The translations under genes and the position numbers were made by a program. Below, in pieces: positions 1-12,580 of a DNA stretch of 64,000 bases (position 1 is its first letter; each line of letters begins with the position of its first letter). This DNA is from Mustelus asterias (taxonomy: Eukaryota): positions 310,001-374,000 of the forward strand of contig NC_135823.1 of the NCBI RefSeq assembly GCF_964213995.1, written 5' to 3'. The notes below the pieces were generated by a model. That model searched no databases. It was not told the origin of the DNA and saw nothing but the letters and a program-made list of their open reading frames with translations.

Positions 1-1916
1 CAGATTCACCACTCTCTGACTGAAGAAATTCCTCCTCATATCTGTTTTAAAGGTTCGTTCCTTTAGCCTGAGGATGTGCCCTCTGGTTCTAGTTTTTCCT
101 ACCAGTGGAAATATCCTCTCCACGTCCACTCTATCCAGGCCTCGCAGTATCCTGTAAGTTTCAATAACAACCCCCCCCCCTCGCCCCCCCCCCCCCGCCC
201 CCCGCCATCCTTCTAAACTTCAACGAGTACAGACACAGAGTCCTCAACCGTTCCTCATATGACAAGCCCTTCATTCCAGGAATCATTCTTGTGACCATCC
301 TCTGGACTCTTTCCAAGGCCAGCACATCCTTCCCTGGATATGGGGCACAAAACTGCTCACAATACTCCAAATGCGGTCTGACCAGAGTCTTATACAGCCT
401 CAGCAGTACATCCCTGCCCTTGTATTCTAGCCCTCTCGACATGAATGCTAACATTGCATTTTCCTTCCTAACTGCCGATTGAAACTGCACCTTAAGAAAA
501 TCTTGAACAATGAGTCCCAAGTCCCTTTGTGTTTCTGATTTCCGAAGCATTTTTCCATTTAGAAAATAGCCTATGCCTCCATTTCTCCTTCCAACGTGCA
601 TAACCTCACACTTTTCCACATTGTATTCCATCTGCCACTTCTTTGCCCACTTTCCTAACCTGCCCAGTTCTTTTTCCAACCCTCCTGCTTCCTCAAGACT
701 ACCTGTCCCTCTCCATACCTTTGTATCATTTGGAAACTTAGCAACAGTGCCTTCAGATCCTTCCTCCAAATCGTTAATGTATATTGTGAAAATTTGTGGT
801 CCCAGCACTGACCCCCGAGGCACGCCACTAGTCACCGGCTGCCATCCTGAAAGAGACGCCGTTATCTCCACTCTCTGTCTTCCGCCAGTCAGCCAATCCT
901 CTGTCCATGCCAGGATCTTACTCTTAACACCATGCGCACTGAACTTATTTAACAGTCTCCTATGTAGCACCTTGTCAAAGGCCTTCTGGAAATCCACTGG
1001 TTCTCCTTTATCGAACTTCCTTGTTACCTCCTCAAAGAACTCTAACAGATTCGTCAGATATGAGCACCCATTGACAAAGCCTTGCTGACTCATTCCTACT
1101 TCATCATGAACTTCAAAGTACTCTGCAATCTCATCTTTAATAATTGTCTCTATAATCTTGCCAATGACCGACGTCAGGCTAAGTGGCCTATAAAACCCCA
1201 TCTGCTGCCTCCGTACCTTCTTAAACTGCGGTGTTACTGTCCTACTTTCCAATCCTCTGGTACTCTCCCTGCCTCCAGTGATTCCTGAAGTTCACCACCA
1301 TTGAGTCCACAATTTCCTCAGTTATCTCTTTTAGAACCCTGGGATGTAGTCCATCTGGTCCAGGTGACTTATCCACCTTCAGACCTTTCAGTTTCCCCAG
1401 AACCTTCTCCTTAGTGATGGCCACTCCACTCATCTGTGCCCCTTGGCTCTCCTGGAGCTCTGGCATCCCACTGGTGTCTTCCACCGCGAAGACTGATGCA
1501 AAGTAACTGTTCAGTTCCTCTGCCTTCGCTTTGTTTCCTGTTATTACTTCTCCAGCCTCACTTTCCAGTGGTCCAATGGCTATTTCTGCCTCTCTCTTAC
1601 CTTTTATATATTGAAACAAAACTCTTCCTATCTTCTTTTATACTACTCGCTAGCTTACACTCATATTTCATGTTCTCATCGCTAATTGTTTTTTTTTCAG
1701 TTGTGCTCTGCTCGCTTTTAAAGGCTTCCCAATCCTCTGGCTTCCCACTGATCCTTGCCACTTTGTAAGCTTTTTATTTTGCTTTTATGCTGTCCTTGAC
1801 TTCCCTCGTCAGCCATGGATGCCTCGTCCTCTCCTTAACATGTTGCCTCCTTCTTGGGATGAATTTCATTTGTGCCTCCCGAATAACTCTCAAAAACTCC
1901 TGCCATTGCTGTTCCA
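1..1916 (-). mobile_element. CR1-clade LINE, ORF2 reverse transcriptase region, degenerate and 5'-truncated
   Basis: ORFs 161-1252 and 1242-1619 contain KSPGPDGLHP, DFQKAFDKV and VTSGVP.GSVLGP motifs. Confidence 0.95.
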
Positions 1917-2070
1917 AAGTCTTCGATATTTTACTCAGTATATTGAAGAGTAAGGTCTATTGATTTTTGGATAAGAACAGAAACGAGGTATTTGGAGATA
2001 GTGTGGCAAAATGGAACTCGGGTACAAGGTCTCGGTGAAGGAAATGTCTTCTCTTGCTCATGTTTCTCAC

Positions 2071-4252
2071 CTGTATGCTCAGGGTCTCAACATTTTGACG
2101 AAGCCTTTGGTAGCTATGGGGTGTTGCTGGGAAACACATCCTTGCATTAACACATGGTGGGGGAAAAACCTGGAACTCAGAATTGAGTTCTGTTGCATTT
2201 GCAGGATGCGTTTGATTGATGTGTGTCACATGTTGTCAAAGTTATGCCAACTGTAAAGTGGATTCCTAACCCTCCGTTCTGAAACTGCATGCATCAGTGG
2301 CGGCACTGTAGCACAGTGGTTAATCCTGCTGCCTCACAGTATAAAGGACCTGCGTTCGATTCCCAGCTTGGGTCACTGTCTGTCTGGAATTTGCACCTTC
2401 TCCCCGCGTCTGCGTGCGTTTCCTCCGGATGCTCATGTTTCCCCTCACTGTCTGAAAGCCGTGCTGCTCAGGTGCATTGATCGTGCTGAATTCTCCCTCA
2501 GTGTACCTGAATAGGCGCTAAAGTGTGGCGATCAGCGGATTTTCACAGTAACCTCATTGCATTGTTAATGTAAGCCCACATGTGACAGGAATAAAAAAAA
2601 ACTTTAATGCTCTCCAGCATGCTATTTCTCTGAAAGTTTTCTCCCCTTCATCTTCGTCCATCACCTCGTAAGTTGGATTTTCCCAAATATTTATTCATTT
2701 TGATTCTCAAACCGCTTTTAGGGCGATACGGTGGTACAGTGCTGCCTCACAACGCCAGGGACCCGAGTTCGAATCCTGGCGTCGGTCACTCTCTGTGTGG
2801 AGTTTGCACGTTCTCCCTGTGTCTGTTCGGGTTCCCTCCTGGTGCTCCGGATTCCTCCCACAGTCCGAAGGATCTGCTGGTTCTGTGCATTGGCCATGCT
2901 AAATTCTCCCTCTGTGTACCCGAACAGGCGCTGGGGTTTGGCGACTAGCGGATTTCACAGTAACTTCATTGCAGTGTTAATGTAAGCCAACTTATGAAAA
3001 ATAAATAAAATTTTAAAAATATTATCGATGAATTAGTTTCTTCGGATTTATTGCAAGAAGGCTGCATGAGAAGAGTAAGGTTTACTGCAATGAAGGTGTA
3101 GAAGCCTTTGAGGTTTCTATGTCATTGAGTGGGTTCTATGCATATTTCCTCGGGGGCAGGGCAGTGTGTGGTAATCCCATTAAAATATATAAGATACTGG
3201 CTGTGCTTTGAGGGCAAATGTTGATAGGCTTTTTCTCCCACTTTATGGAGATTCTGGAACTGGGAGTGACAGTCTCCGGATCAAGACTGAGATGGTGAGA
3301 AGTTTCGTCAGTCGCAGGCTTGTGATCCTTTGGGATTCTCTATTGCACAGATGTCCATGTGTTTTCGGGAATGAGCAGCATGTGAGGCAGAGCAATTTGG
3401 CCCATCGAGCTTACACCGGCAACAATCCCACCCAGGCCATGTCCCCGTAACCTCGCACGTTTACCATGGTTAATCCAGCCAAACAACACATCTCTGGACA
3501 ACAATTGGAATTTAGCAGGGCCAATGCACCTAACTGCCACATCTTTGGACACAAAGGGGCAATTTAGCATGGCCAATCCACTTAATCTGCAAATCGTGGG
3601 ACACTGAAGGGCAATTTAGCATGGCCAATCCAGCGAACCTTCCCACCATTGAACACTAAGTGACAATCTAGCATGGCGAATCTACCTAAACTGCACATTA
3701 TGGACACTCAGGGGCAATTTAGCAAGGCCAATCCACCTAACATGCACATCTTGGGACACTAAGGGGCAATTTAGCATGGGAGGAAACTGGAACACTCTGA
3801 GGAAACCCACGCAGAAATGGGGAGAACGTGCAAGCTCAACAGAAGCAGTGACCCAAGCCAGGAATCCAACCCGGATCCCTGTCAGTGCGAGGCACTGTGC
3901 CACCGTGCCGCCCTACTTGCACCGACTCTCCAGAAGAGCATCTTACCCAGACACACTTTGCCCTCTAAAGAGGTATAATCGTTTGAAATACCATCTGCTT
4001 TCTGGGTTCCAAATAATTTTTATTATTATTTCCACAGGAGGTCAATACTTCCAAAAGAATTTAGAATTGTTCATAAGGGATCCTGCGACAGAGACTGTAG
4101 CTGCTTCCACTCCTGGCCGCACGGTGTCGCTCTAACTCTGGAGCACGCCTTTCCTACCCGCAGTCGCATCTTGCCCGCTCCGTTTCCCGGTCGCTGCTCT
4201 TTGTCAAATCCCGATCACGCCCCCATGACGGGGAGCGACGTCTGCCATTCAT
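2071..4252 (-). CDS. Putative 5' exons of an unidentified gene leaving the window: join(4158-4252, 3947-3964, 2071-2113) = MNGRRRSPSWGRDRDLTKSSDRETERARCDCGGQSVSGYQRLRQNVETLSIQ
   Basis: Splice sites are CGG|gtagga, ctctttag/TGG|gtaaga and ccatag/CAG|gtgaga. Phases 2,2,0 join without a stop and the first exon is CpG-rich. No homology recognised. Confidence 0.35.
2295..2605 (+). mobile_element. HE1-like V-SINE (tRNA-derived)
   Basis: GGCGGCAC..GCACAGTGGTT A-box, GTTCGATTCCC B-box and a V-domain core. Confidence 0.85.
2720..3010 (+). mobile_element. HE1-like V-SINE
   Basis: Same head and core; tail ending ...gtaagcc...aataaa. Confidence 0.85.
3385..3915 (-). mobile_element. HE1-like V-SINE with an internal tandem expansion of a ~45-bp unit
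   Basis: Repeated ggacactaaggggcaatttagcatggccaatccacctaa units at 3480-3780. Confidence 0.85.
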
Positions 4253-4796
4253 TCGTGATGTCAAATCCTTTTCAAATATTCACATCGCCATTGGAAGGTG
4301 TTGATACAGGGTGATTGTGCGTTAATTCTCAATGATTAATGTGCTGACTGTTGGTATCATGCTGTGGCTGTTAATAACAACATTTTGTCTGTGAGTATTA
4401 TTGGAATTATTCTGACAGGACTGGGCGTACTTAGCTTTTTTCAGATGAGCGTAAAATAAAGGTTATTTATCTATTTCTAGTGGTCAATTGTTTGCTTTAA
4501 AATGAAAGATAAGGATTATTCCGAGCACATGTCTCTGGGCTTGTTGGCTCTTGGATCTGGTTGAGAACGCCTGGGTGATTTCTGGTGTCCCACTTCAAAG
4601 ATTTGCTTCGATTTACTTTCAATGCCGAACACGCGCAGAGCAATATCAAAATTTTGTCCCAGACGAGGCAAAGATATATTTGGAAGGGTGATGTTAAGCT
4701 ATTTCAAGGAGGTGTGTGTTAAGGAGACTCTTACATTGGAAAATGAGGACGGAATTTTTAGCAGGTCAGCGAATGAATTCGAGACCTTATTGGCTG

Positions 4797-5125
4797 GGGG
4801 CCACTATGGTTAGCACTGCTGCCTCATATTGCCAGGACCGGGGTTCGATTCCTGGCTTGGGTCACTGTCTGTGTGGGGTCTGCACATTCTCCCCGTGTCT
4901 GCGTGGGTTTCCTCCAGGTGCTCTGGTTTCCTTCCACATGCTGATTAGATGCAATGGCCATGCAAACGAAAGGCATGCTGGTCAGATGCACTAGCCATGC
5001 AAATTATCCGAAAGTGTTCCGGAATAGGCACCGGAGTGTGACGACGAGGGGGATTTTCACAGCAACTTCATTGCAGTGTTAATGTAAGCCTACTTGTGAC
5101 GCTAACAGATGAGCTAAACTTGAAA
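4797..5125 (+). mobile_element. HE1-like V-SINE
   Basis: tRNA head and V-domain core. Confidence 0.85.
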
Positions 5126-5271
5126 GCTTCAATGGTTGAACGAAGGGAAAATGGAGCGTATCCATGTGGCTGCACTTTTCAAGCACATTAAAGTTAAATT
5201 CATTAATTAGTCACAAATCGGCCTACACCCATGATTGTCATTGCCAAATGAAGGCACACACTTTCTGAAGT

Positions 5272-5740
5272 GTATTTATTGGTCACCAGTAGGCTTAGAT
5301 TCACATTACAATTAAGTTACTGTGAAAATCCCCTCGTCGCCACACTCCAGCGTCTGTTTGGGTACACTGAGGGAGAATTTAGCATGGCCAATGCACGTCT
5401 TTGGACTCTGGGAGGAAACTAGAGCACCCGGAGGGAAACCACATAGACACAGGATTGTTGTTTGTGCAGACTCGATGGCCTCCTGCTGCACTGTAGGATT
5501 TTATATTCTGTAACTTCTGAACGCAAAGTTCCCGTCCTGAATCATAAAACACGGTTCCACGTGAGGGCATGTGATTTGCTTATTGGATGACACAGAGCCT
5601 AATTGAAGACGTGAACTCTCTGGATGACGGCTAGCTGAAGCCTTTCAAATATAGGCAGTGACCCCAAGCAAGGAATCGATACCGTGGTCCCTCGTGCTGT
5701 GAGGCAGCGGTGCTATCCACTGTGCCACCGTGCTGCCCCA
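5272..5740 (-). mobile_element. HE1-like V-SINE interrupted by a 200-bp inverted insertion
   Basis: The SINE halves at 5272-5450 and 5652-5740 flank a copy of 6195-6394. Confidence 0.75.
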
Positions 5741-6394
5741 GGAACTTAGTCAATGAAGTAAAAGTCAATGGTGACTGGCAGAAGCAGTATCAATCAATTT
5801 AATGTTGTTACTGGAAAATCCGGGCTTGAATGACAACTATCTGTTAGTACCTAAATCGCCATTACCTCCCGTTGCAAGTGTCATTGATCTCTTTTTAGGG
5901 CAAGTGTCATTGAAGTTAACTCGAAATGTCAGGAAAATATTCCTGGAATCTTTCCTCAATCCACAAACATCATCAAATAAACTCGTGGGGAATATTTCAA
6001 CAATCAAGCTTACAATGATCGATGTGTACATACTATTCCATGTCAACAACGTATCAGAATGAAATTTGGTTTATTGTGGAAGAAAGCAGATTTGTGTAAC
6101 TTATTCTGTTTTGTAAGATCAATCTTCCATTTGACCAAAATGATAAACATACCACCAAATACAGTAGATTTATCGAACTCATTCACAAGAAAATTATTTG
6201 CAAGTCTTCAGCGAGCCGTCATCCAGAGAGTTCGCGTCTTCATTTAGGCTCTGTGTCATCCAATAAGCAAATCACATGCCATCAAGTGGAACCGTGTTTG
6301 ATGATCCAGGTCGGGAACTTTGAGTTCAGAAGTTACAGAATATAAAATCCTACAGTGCAGCAGGAGGCCATCGAGTCTGCACAAACACCAATCC
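5452..6394. repeat. Inverted repeat with arms at 5452-5651 and 6195-6394
   Basis: The arms are reverse complements over about 200 bp with scattered mismatches. Confidence 0.9.
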
Positions 6395-6645
6395 CACCCA
6401 GCCCCTATCCCCATAACCCCTTGTATTTACCCTTGCTAACCCCCCGACACGAAGAGGCAATTTAGCATGGCCAATCCACATAACCCGTACATCTTTGGAC
6501 TCTGGGAGGAAACTGGAGCAGGCGGATGAAACCCACGCATACACAGAGTGAAAATGCAAACTCCACACAGACAGTGACCCAAGCTGGGAATTGAACCTGG
6601 GTCCCTGGCGCTGTGAGGCAGCAGTGCTAAACACCGTGCTTCCGT
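6345..6645 (-). mobile_element. HE1-like V-SINE with a CR1-type tail
   Basis: Tail cctacagtgcag..ggaggccat; tRNA head at the right end. Confidence 0.85.
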
Positions 6646-6734
6646 ACATGCTGTAAAGACAACCTTTCCTTCTCATGGCTGCATAAGAAGATTCTGGGGT
6701 GAAGATAAATAAGATGTTTCTGGTGTCAAGACTC

Positions 6735-7517
6735 TGTTAAGACCCAGGCCAGAATCTTCAAGGTGTTTTATGAAGATACCCTAGATCCTATGTTTTCACT
6801 TTTGAATTTGGCACCCGTCAGCATAAGATGTTTCACTCCAGGTTTGATTAAAGAGATCCAGGAGGAAGCTTTTATCAAAGAAAATTTATTTAAGAATACG
6901 GTTACAATACAATGAAAGGAATTAGCATAACATTGACCAATCATAAGATGTATACGTGATACAGTAAAAACCTTAACTGCGAGCTATCTATGGTATTCCA
7001 AGTAAAACACCATCCCACAAACACACACCCCTTTGTAGACAAGGCAGAAAGAGCAACTGTGCCCACGTGATACTAGGTTTTCAGCTTTTTAACCTGCTGT
7101 ATATTGGTCATGTGGATGTTGGATTAAATTTCTGAGGCTTCCGAGTCATGGAACTTTCTAAAAGCCTCTGGAGAGAGATAAAGCCGGAACCACGCTACCT
7201 TCTCCCACGAGATCCTGGAAGATACGAAAAGAAAACTAAAAACTTGGACTTTACTGTGGTCGAAAAGAATCTGCCCCCGGGCATCACCTGACCTGCCAGT
7301 CATGCTCCACCCAGCAATTCCAAAAGGATCATAAAACCCGAGGACACTGCATTAGGTCAGATTAAAAATAAACATGGTGTTCATTACATTGCTCCAGTAA
7401 CAATGAGAGACACTGGTTTCATACAAAACGATGCCAACAAAAGGCTAGGAGCTGCTTGAAGAAACCTGCAAAGAAAGATGATTAAAATACATTTCTTAAA
7501 GGCACTGTATCGTCACA
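6735..7517 (-). mobile_element. Solo LTR (~783 bp, TG...CA)
   Basis: tgtt...caca termini with flanking actc/acgc (near-perfect 4-bp TSD); 6735-6930 is homologous to the reverse complement of 37240-37457. Confidence 0.6.
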
Positions 7518-7604
7518 ACGCAGTCTCGAGGATTGATAGCAGAGAACAGACTGACAACTGAATACTCACAGGTGCCCTACTGCACTCAAGGCCCTCTTAC
7601 AGAC

Positions 7605-7980
7605 AACAAAGTACAATGAACAAAGAACATTACAGCACAGGAAGAGGCCCTGCTACTCGCCAAGCCTATCGGACTAAAACCCCTACCCTTCTGGGGACCA
7701 TCATCCCTCCATTCCCATCCTATTCATGTATTTGTCCAGACGCCCCTTATAAGTCACTATCGTATTTGCTTTCACTACTTCCCCTGGCAGCGAGTTCCAG
7801 GCACCCACCACCTTCTGTGTAAAAAAACTGCCTTGTACATCTCCTGTAAATCTTACTTCTCGCACCTTAAACCTACGCCCCTCATAATTGACTCTTCCAC
7901 CTCGGGAAAAAGCTTTTGACTATCCACTCTGTCCATGCCCCGACTAATCTTGTAGACTTCTATCAGGTCGCCCCTCAACT
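7605..7980 (-). mobile_element. CR1 LINE 3' end fragment
   Basis: Tail gaacaaagaaca..acagcacagga and ORF2 C-terminal sequence. Confidence 0.8.
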
Positions 7981-8449
7981 TCTTAGTAGTAATTAAAACC
8001 CTGGACGCTATTTTGGAGGAAAGGAACCAACGTGCCTAAATGAGATCATTAGGGAATCAACACATTTCCTTGGGTTGTAACTTGCTTTCAGGAAGTGAAA
8101 GGGATTCCTACATCACAGCAGTAACTTTAATTTAATATGTTCTCAAAAAAATCTTGAACTGTCTACGACCTGAACTGAGGCATGAATCCACAAACATTCT
8201 GACTCAACAGAAAAATACTTCAAGTCAAACTGAATCACTCACGAATTAATTACATTTAATATGCGGCTAATAAATAAGTTACTTTCAATTAACAATTCTA
8301 ATGTAAATCGATTTTCCAGTCTTGGTCACTCTTGGGGTAAAGAACAATCGTGTCAATGTTGCCTCTTTGTAGACATATAATAGTGAGCTAGCGATCGGGG
8401 TCAATATTTTCTACAATTAAGGAACTCGCTGATATTGGTTAATTGGGAT

Positions 8450-8800
8450 TTGGTTTGATCTGATTTGATTTATGATTGTCACTTGTTTGAGTATGAAGTG
8501 AAAAGCATTATTTTTTGCATGCTATACAGACAAAGCTTACCGTACATAGGGAAGGAAAGGAGAGATTGCAGAATGTAATGTTACAGTCATAACTAGGGTG
8601 TAGAGACAGATCAACTTAATGTGAGGTAGGTCCATACAAAATTCTGATGGCAGCAGGGATGAAGCGGTTTTTGTGTCAGTTGGGACCTGTCTTCAGACTT
8701 CTGTATCTTCTTCCCAATGGAAGAAGGTGGAAGAGATTATATCTGGGGTAAGTGGGGTCCCTGATTATGCTGGCTACTTTTCCGAGTCAGCGGGAAGTGT
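8450..8800 (-). mobile_element. Rex1/Babar-like LINE 3' end
   Basis: (ttgat)n tail and body homologous to 31990-32335. Confidence 0.75.
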
Positions 8801-8989
8801 CCTGATCATGTTTGGAGACTAGGGAGCAATTTAGAATGGCCATGAACGATGATGTTATTGAATGGTGGTGCAGGCTTGAACGGCCGAATGGCCTACTCCT
8901 GCTTTGTGCTCGTGAAAGTAATACTGTGATGGACAGTGTTGATTGGTAATAGATGAAACTTAAATGAATGTGGGCAATTTCAAATCATT

Positions 8990-9282
8990 TTTTTCTTCAT
9001 TGGATGTGGGCATCGTTGACAGGACCAGCATTTATTGCTCACCCCTAATCACTCTTCAATTACTCGGCTATTTAAGAGTCTATCACATTGCTGTGGGTCC
9101 GGAGTCACATGTAGGCCAGACCGTGTAAGGAAGGCAGACTCCCTTCCCTAAAGGCCATTAATGAATGAGATGGGTTTTTACAACAGTTTCATAGTCATCA
9201 TTAGGCTTTTAATTCCAGATTTTTTATTGAATTCAAATTTCACCAGTTGCCATGGTGGGATTCGAACCCGGGTCCCCAGAGC
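8990..9282 (-). mobile_element. Second tRNA-SINE family with an L2-like tail
   Basis: Homologous to the copies at 23010-23360 and 57236-57590. Confidence 0.7.
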
Positions 9283-9479
9283 ATTTAGATTAATTTTATT
9301 CAATTTCATTTAATCTCATGCAACCATTTTATTGTCATTCTTTTTCACTTCTATTTTTCCACTTCTCCATTCCAGCTCTCCTTGTCGCCACACCCTCCCG
9401 CCCTTCAGTGCAGCTGCCACATTCCTCAGGCAGCCCTTTAACATTTTGTACCTCTTCTGCCATTCTTCCATTCTGATCA

Positions 9480-9735
9480 CTTAATGGACACACTTAGCAC
9501 GTTATCAGCCTTCTCTCTCCTCATGTAAATTGCCATTGTCCAATTCCACACCCCCTCCTGCCTACCCCAAGCGTATAAACCTTTGCTGATTCTTTTTGCT
9601 CTTAGCTCTGACGAAGGGTCATCGAGACTCAAAACGTTGGCTCTATTCTCTCTCCACAGATGCTCAGACCAGCTGAGACTTTCCAGCATTTTCTGTTTTT
9701 ATTTCAGATTCCAGCATCCGCAGTATTTTGCTTTT
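9480..9735 (+). mobile_element. Penelope-like element 3' end with a degenerate hammerhead ribozyme core
   Basis: CTGACGA-AGGGTC-atcga-GACTC-AAAAC at ~9608-9635, followed by the ..ccacagatgct..ttccagcat.. tail. Confidence 0.7.
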
Positions 9736-9914
9736 ACCCCAGAACATTCCCCTGAGTATCTGGTTTACGAGCCCAGTGACAATATCACTGTGCCTCCCAT
9801 CGGAATGGGTACTGGGGATGAACTTATTTTGACACGGTGTTAAATGCAATGAGACTGCTAATTATGAAATTTGTGAAATGGGTTCGATTATCGTATTTCC
9901 TTTCATTAGATGAG

Positions 9915-10200
9915 ATTATTATTAGTGCCACGAGTAGGCTGACATTGCAATGACGTAACTGTGAAAATCCCCTAGTCGCCACACTCCGGTGCCTACTCGG
10001 GTACACTGAGGGAGAATTTAGCATGGCCAATGCACCTAAAAGCACGTCTTTCAGACTGTGGGAGGAAACTGGAGCACCCGGAGGAAACCTATGTGGACAT
10101 AGGGAGACTTGACACAGACAGTGATCTAAGCCTCGAGTCGAACCCGGGTCTCTGGCACTGTGAGTCAGCAGTGCTAACCACTGTGCCATCATACTGCCCG
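9915..10200 (-). mobile_element. HE1-like V-SINE
   Basis: V-domain core and tRNA head. Confidence 0.85.
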
Positions 10201-10277
10201 TCACGGACTACGTTGGAACAATCGCTCTTAGGTCACTTCTGCCTCAAAAACACACAATTCTCGAACTAGGAATGAAA

Positions 10278-10555
10278 GGAAATCACTGCGGATGCTGGAA
10301 TGTGAAGCCAAAGGAGAACAGTCTGGAAAATCTCAGTAGTTCTGGCAGTATGTGTAAGGAGAGAAAAGAGCTGACATTTCGAGTCCAGATGACCCTCTGT
10401 CAAAGCTAAGCGGCATGTCTTTTAACTTCGACAAAGCCTTCTAAGCTTTTTAGCTTTGACAGTGTGTTATCTGGACCAGAAACGTGAGCACTTTTCTCTC
10501 CTTACAGATAATGCCAGACCAGCTGAGGTTTTCCAGCATTTTCTCTTTTGGATTC
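10278..10555. mobile_element. Inverted pair of Penelope-like 3' ends
   Basis: ctgcggatgctggaa...tttcgagtccagatgaccctctgtcaaagc together with its mirror copy. Confidence 0.65.
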
Positions 10556-11364
10556 TCAAACTATGGATCAAACACCGATGGCTTAAAGTTCAAATGTTAA
10601 AAATCAAAACACATTTTGTAAAAAGGATTTTGAGTAGGAGCTATTCACTCTGTTATGAAACAAGAAACTAGTTAGTATTTTAAAGACATGCACATTAGAG
10701 GAACATTTATTCTAATGCCCCAGTTAGACATCCCGTGAGGATCAGCCGCTTTAGTGAAACAAAGCCCTAATTAGGATGTAGTTTAGAACACGGTTTTCCG
10801 TGATACTTACTGCAAAGGGTCAATATGCACCACCCTAACAGAACAAAAACACTTAGAAGCAGCCGTTGAATCAAATCATTCATTTTCGGGAGACTCTCAT
10901 TAGACAGTTGATATAATGAGAAAATTGAAGCAGTAAATTCAATGCTTCAGCTCCTCTGCAAGAGCCTGTAGCAATTATTCCACCAGGGTATGTTCAAAAG
11001 AATGGGGAGGAACAGTGCTGGGAGACCAGAGCGAGATACAGACATCTTAATGTGAAGACCCTAGGAGAACGAATTAATGCCACAACAGGTTCGGAAGTGA
11101 ACAGAGAGGGTGCTCCTTCCAGAGTGATTGAAATTCTCTGCAAAATGCTATCACCTTTAAAGTCAAAGAAAAGAGTCATTAGCTTTTGCAGCAGAGAGTG
11201 GGGTTTGGCAGCAGACAGAGCGAGGGAGAGAGACGTTGGCTGTGGCCACGCTTGTTTTGGTATGACCTTAAGAAAGACGCCTTCCTCACTGCCCTTTCAG
11301 GGAGTGTGCAAAGTACATCTACAGCAGAAATCGCTGATCGAGATTTTGACCACGTTACGCTTTG

Positions 11365-11695
11365 AAACATAGAAACCCTACAGTACAGAAAGAGGCCATT
11401 CGGCCCATCGAGTCTGCACCGACCACAATCCCACCCAGGCCCTACCCCCATATCCCTACAGATATACCCACTAATCCCTCTAACCTACTCATCTCAGGAC
11501 ACCAAGGGCAATTTTTAGGATGACCAATCAACCTAACCCGCACATCTTTGGACTTGGGAGGAAACCAGAGCAAACCCACGCAGACACGAGGAGAATGTGC
11601 AAACTCCACACCGAGAGTGACCCAAGCCGGGAATCGAACCCATGTCCCTGGAGCTGTGAAGCAGCAGTGCTAACCACTGTGCTACCGTGCCGTAC
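11365..11695 (-). mobile_element. HE1-like V-SINE (young, CR1-type tail)
   Basis: Near-consensus copy. Confidence 0.9.
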
Positions 11696-12104
11696 CGCTT
11701 GAGATAGAAAATTGCCTGAGACGGCAGCTCACTGTGGTTTTTCGTTTTTTACAGTTGAGGCGCTACACCTACCCAACAGCCTCCAGAGATCAGAAGCTGA
11801 AACACAATGTTAAACCGCAGAGAGAAGACGGTTGGGCATTCAAGATAGATTAAGCTGATCAGAGAACCTGTTTGTTTACAATTAAGCCATATTCCAGGAA
11901 CCTATTCAAAAGACAATTAGTCACTATTTGCAAGCATTCCGAGGATTGGGTACAATTCGCAGAAACCCCCTCTGATTCACAACATACGCACGCAAGTCAC
12001 AAATAATTTGTAGAATATTTTCACTTCTCTTTATGAGGCAGCTTGCATCAGGAATCATGTGCAACCTCTTTACAGAATGAATTAGATTGGACACAATTAC
12101 ATTA

Positions 12105-12580
12105 CGGCATGCTGGCACAGTGGTTAGCAGTGCTGCCTCACCGCGTCTGGGACCTGGCTTCGATTCCCGCCTTGGGTGACTGCGTGGAGTTTGATGTTGT
12201 CCTCATGTCTGCGCAGGTTTCCTCTGGGTGCTCCGGTTTCCTACCACAGTCTGAAAGTGTGCAGGTTTGGTGGATTGGCCATGCTAAATTGCTCCTTAGT
12301 GTCCAACTATCTAGAGGTCAGGTGGAGCAGCCATGCAGAATTGTCCCTTAGTGTTCAAAGATGTGCAGTTTAGGTGGATTGGCCATTCTAAATTGCACCT
12401 TTGTTTTCAAAGAAGTGCAGGTTAGCTGGATTGGCCATGCTAAATTGCCCCTGAGTGCCCAACGATGTATGGGTTAGGTGGATTATCCGTGGTAAATCTG
12501 CGCAGTTATGGGGATAAGGTGGGGTGACGTGACCTGAGTAAATTGGTGCTTCTTTCTGCACTGTAGGAAGTCTATGATTA
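12105..12580 (+). mobile_element. HE1-like V-SINE with internal tandem units
   Basis: Repeated tggattggccatgctaaattgc units. Confidence 0.85.

Noticed and set aside
573-1088. Plus-strand ORFs overlapping CR1 copies (also 14480, 59503, 62154 and others)
   Set aside because: These are antisense shadows of LINE ORF2.
4332-6247. Plus-strand leader-like segment MINVLTVGIMLWLLITTFC(L)|gtgagt (4332-4390) that could splice to ~5899 into a ~115-codon frame
   Set aside because: There is an in-frame TAA after about 27 codons, I recognise no family, and it starts only 80 bp from the opposite-strand candidate gene. It cannot be distinguished from chance without homology data.
10651-12100. Possible additional LTR-like sequence starting tgttatg
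   Set aside because: I could not define a right terminus, a TSD or a second copy.
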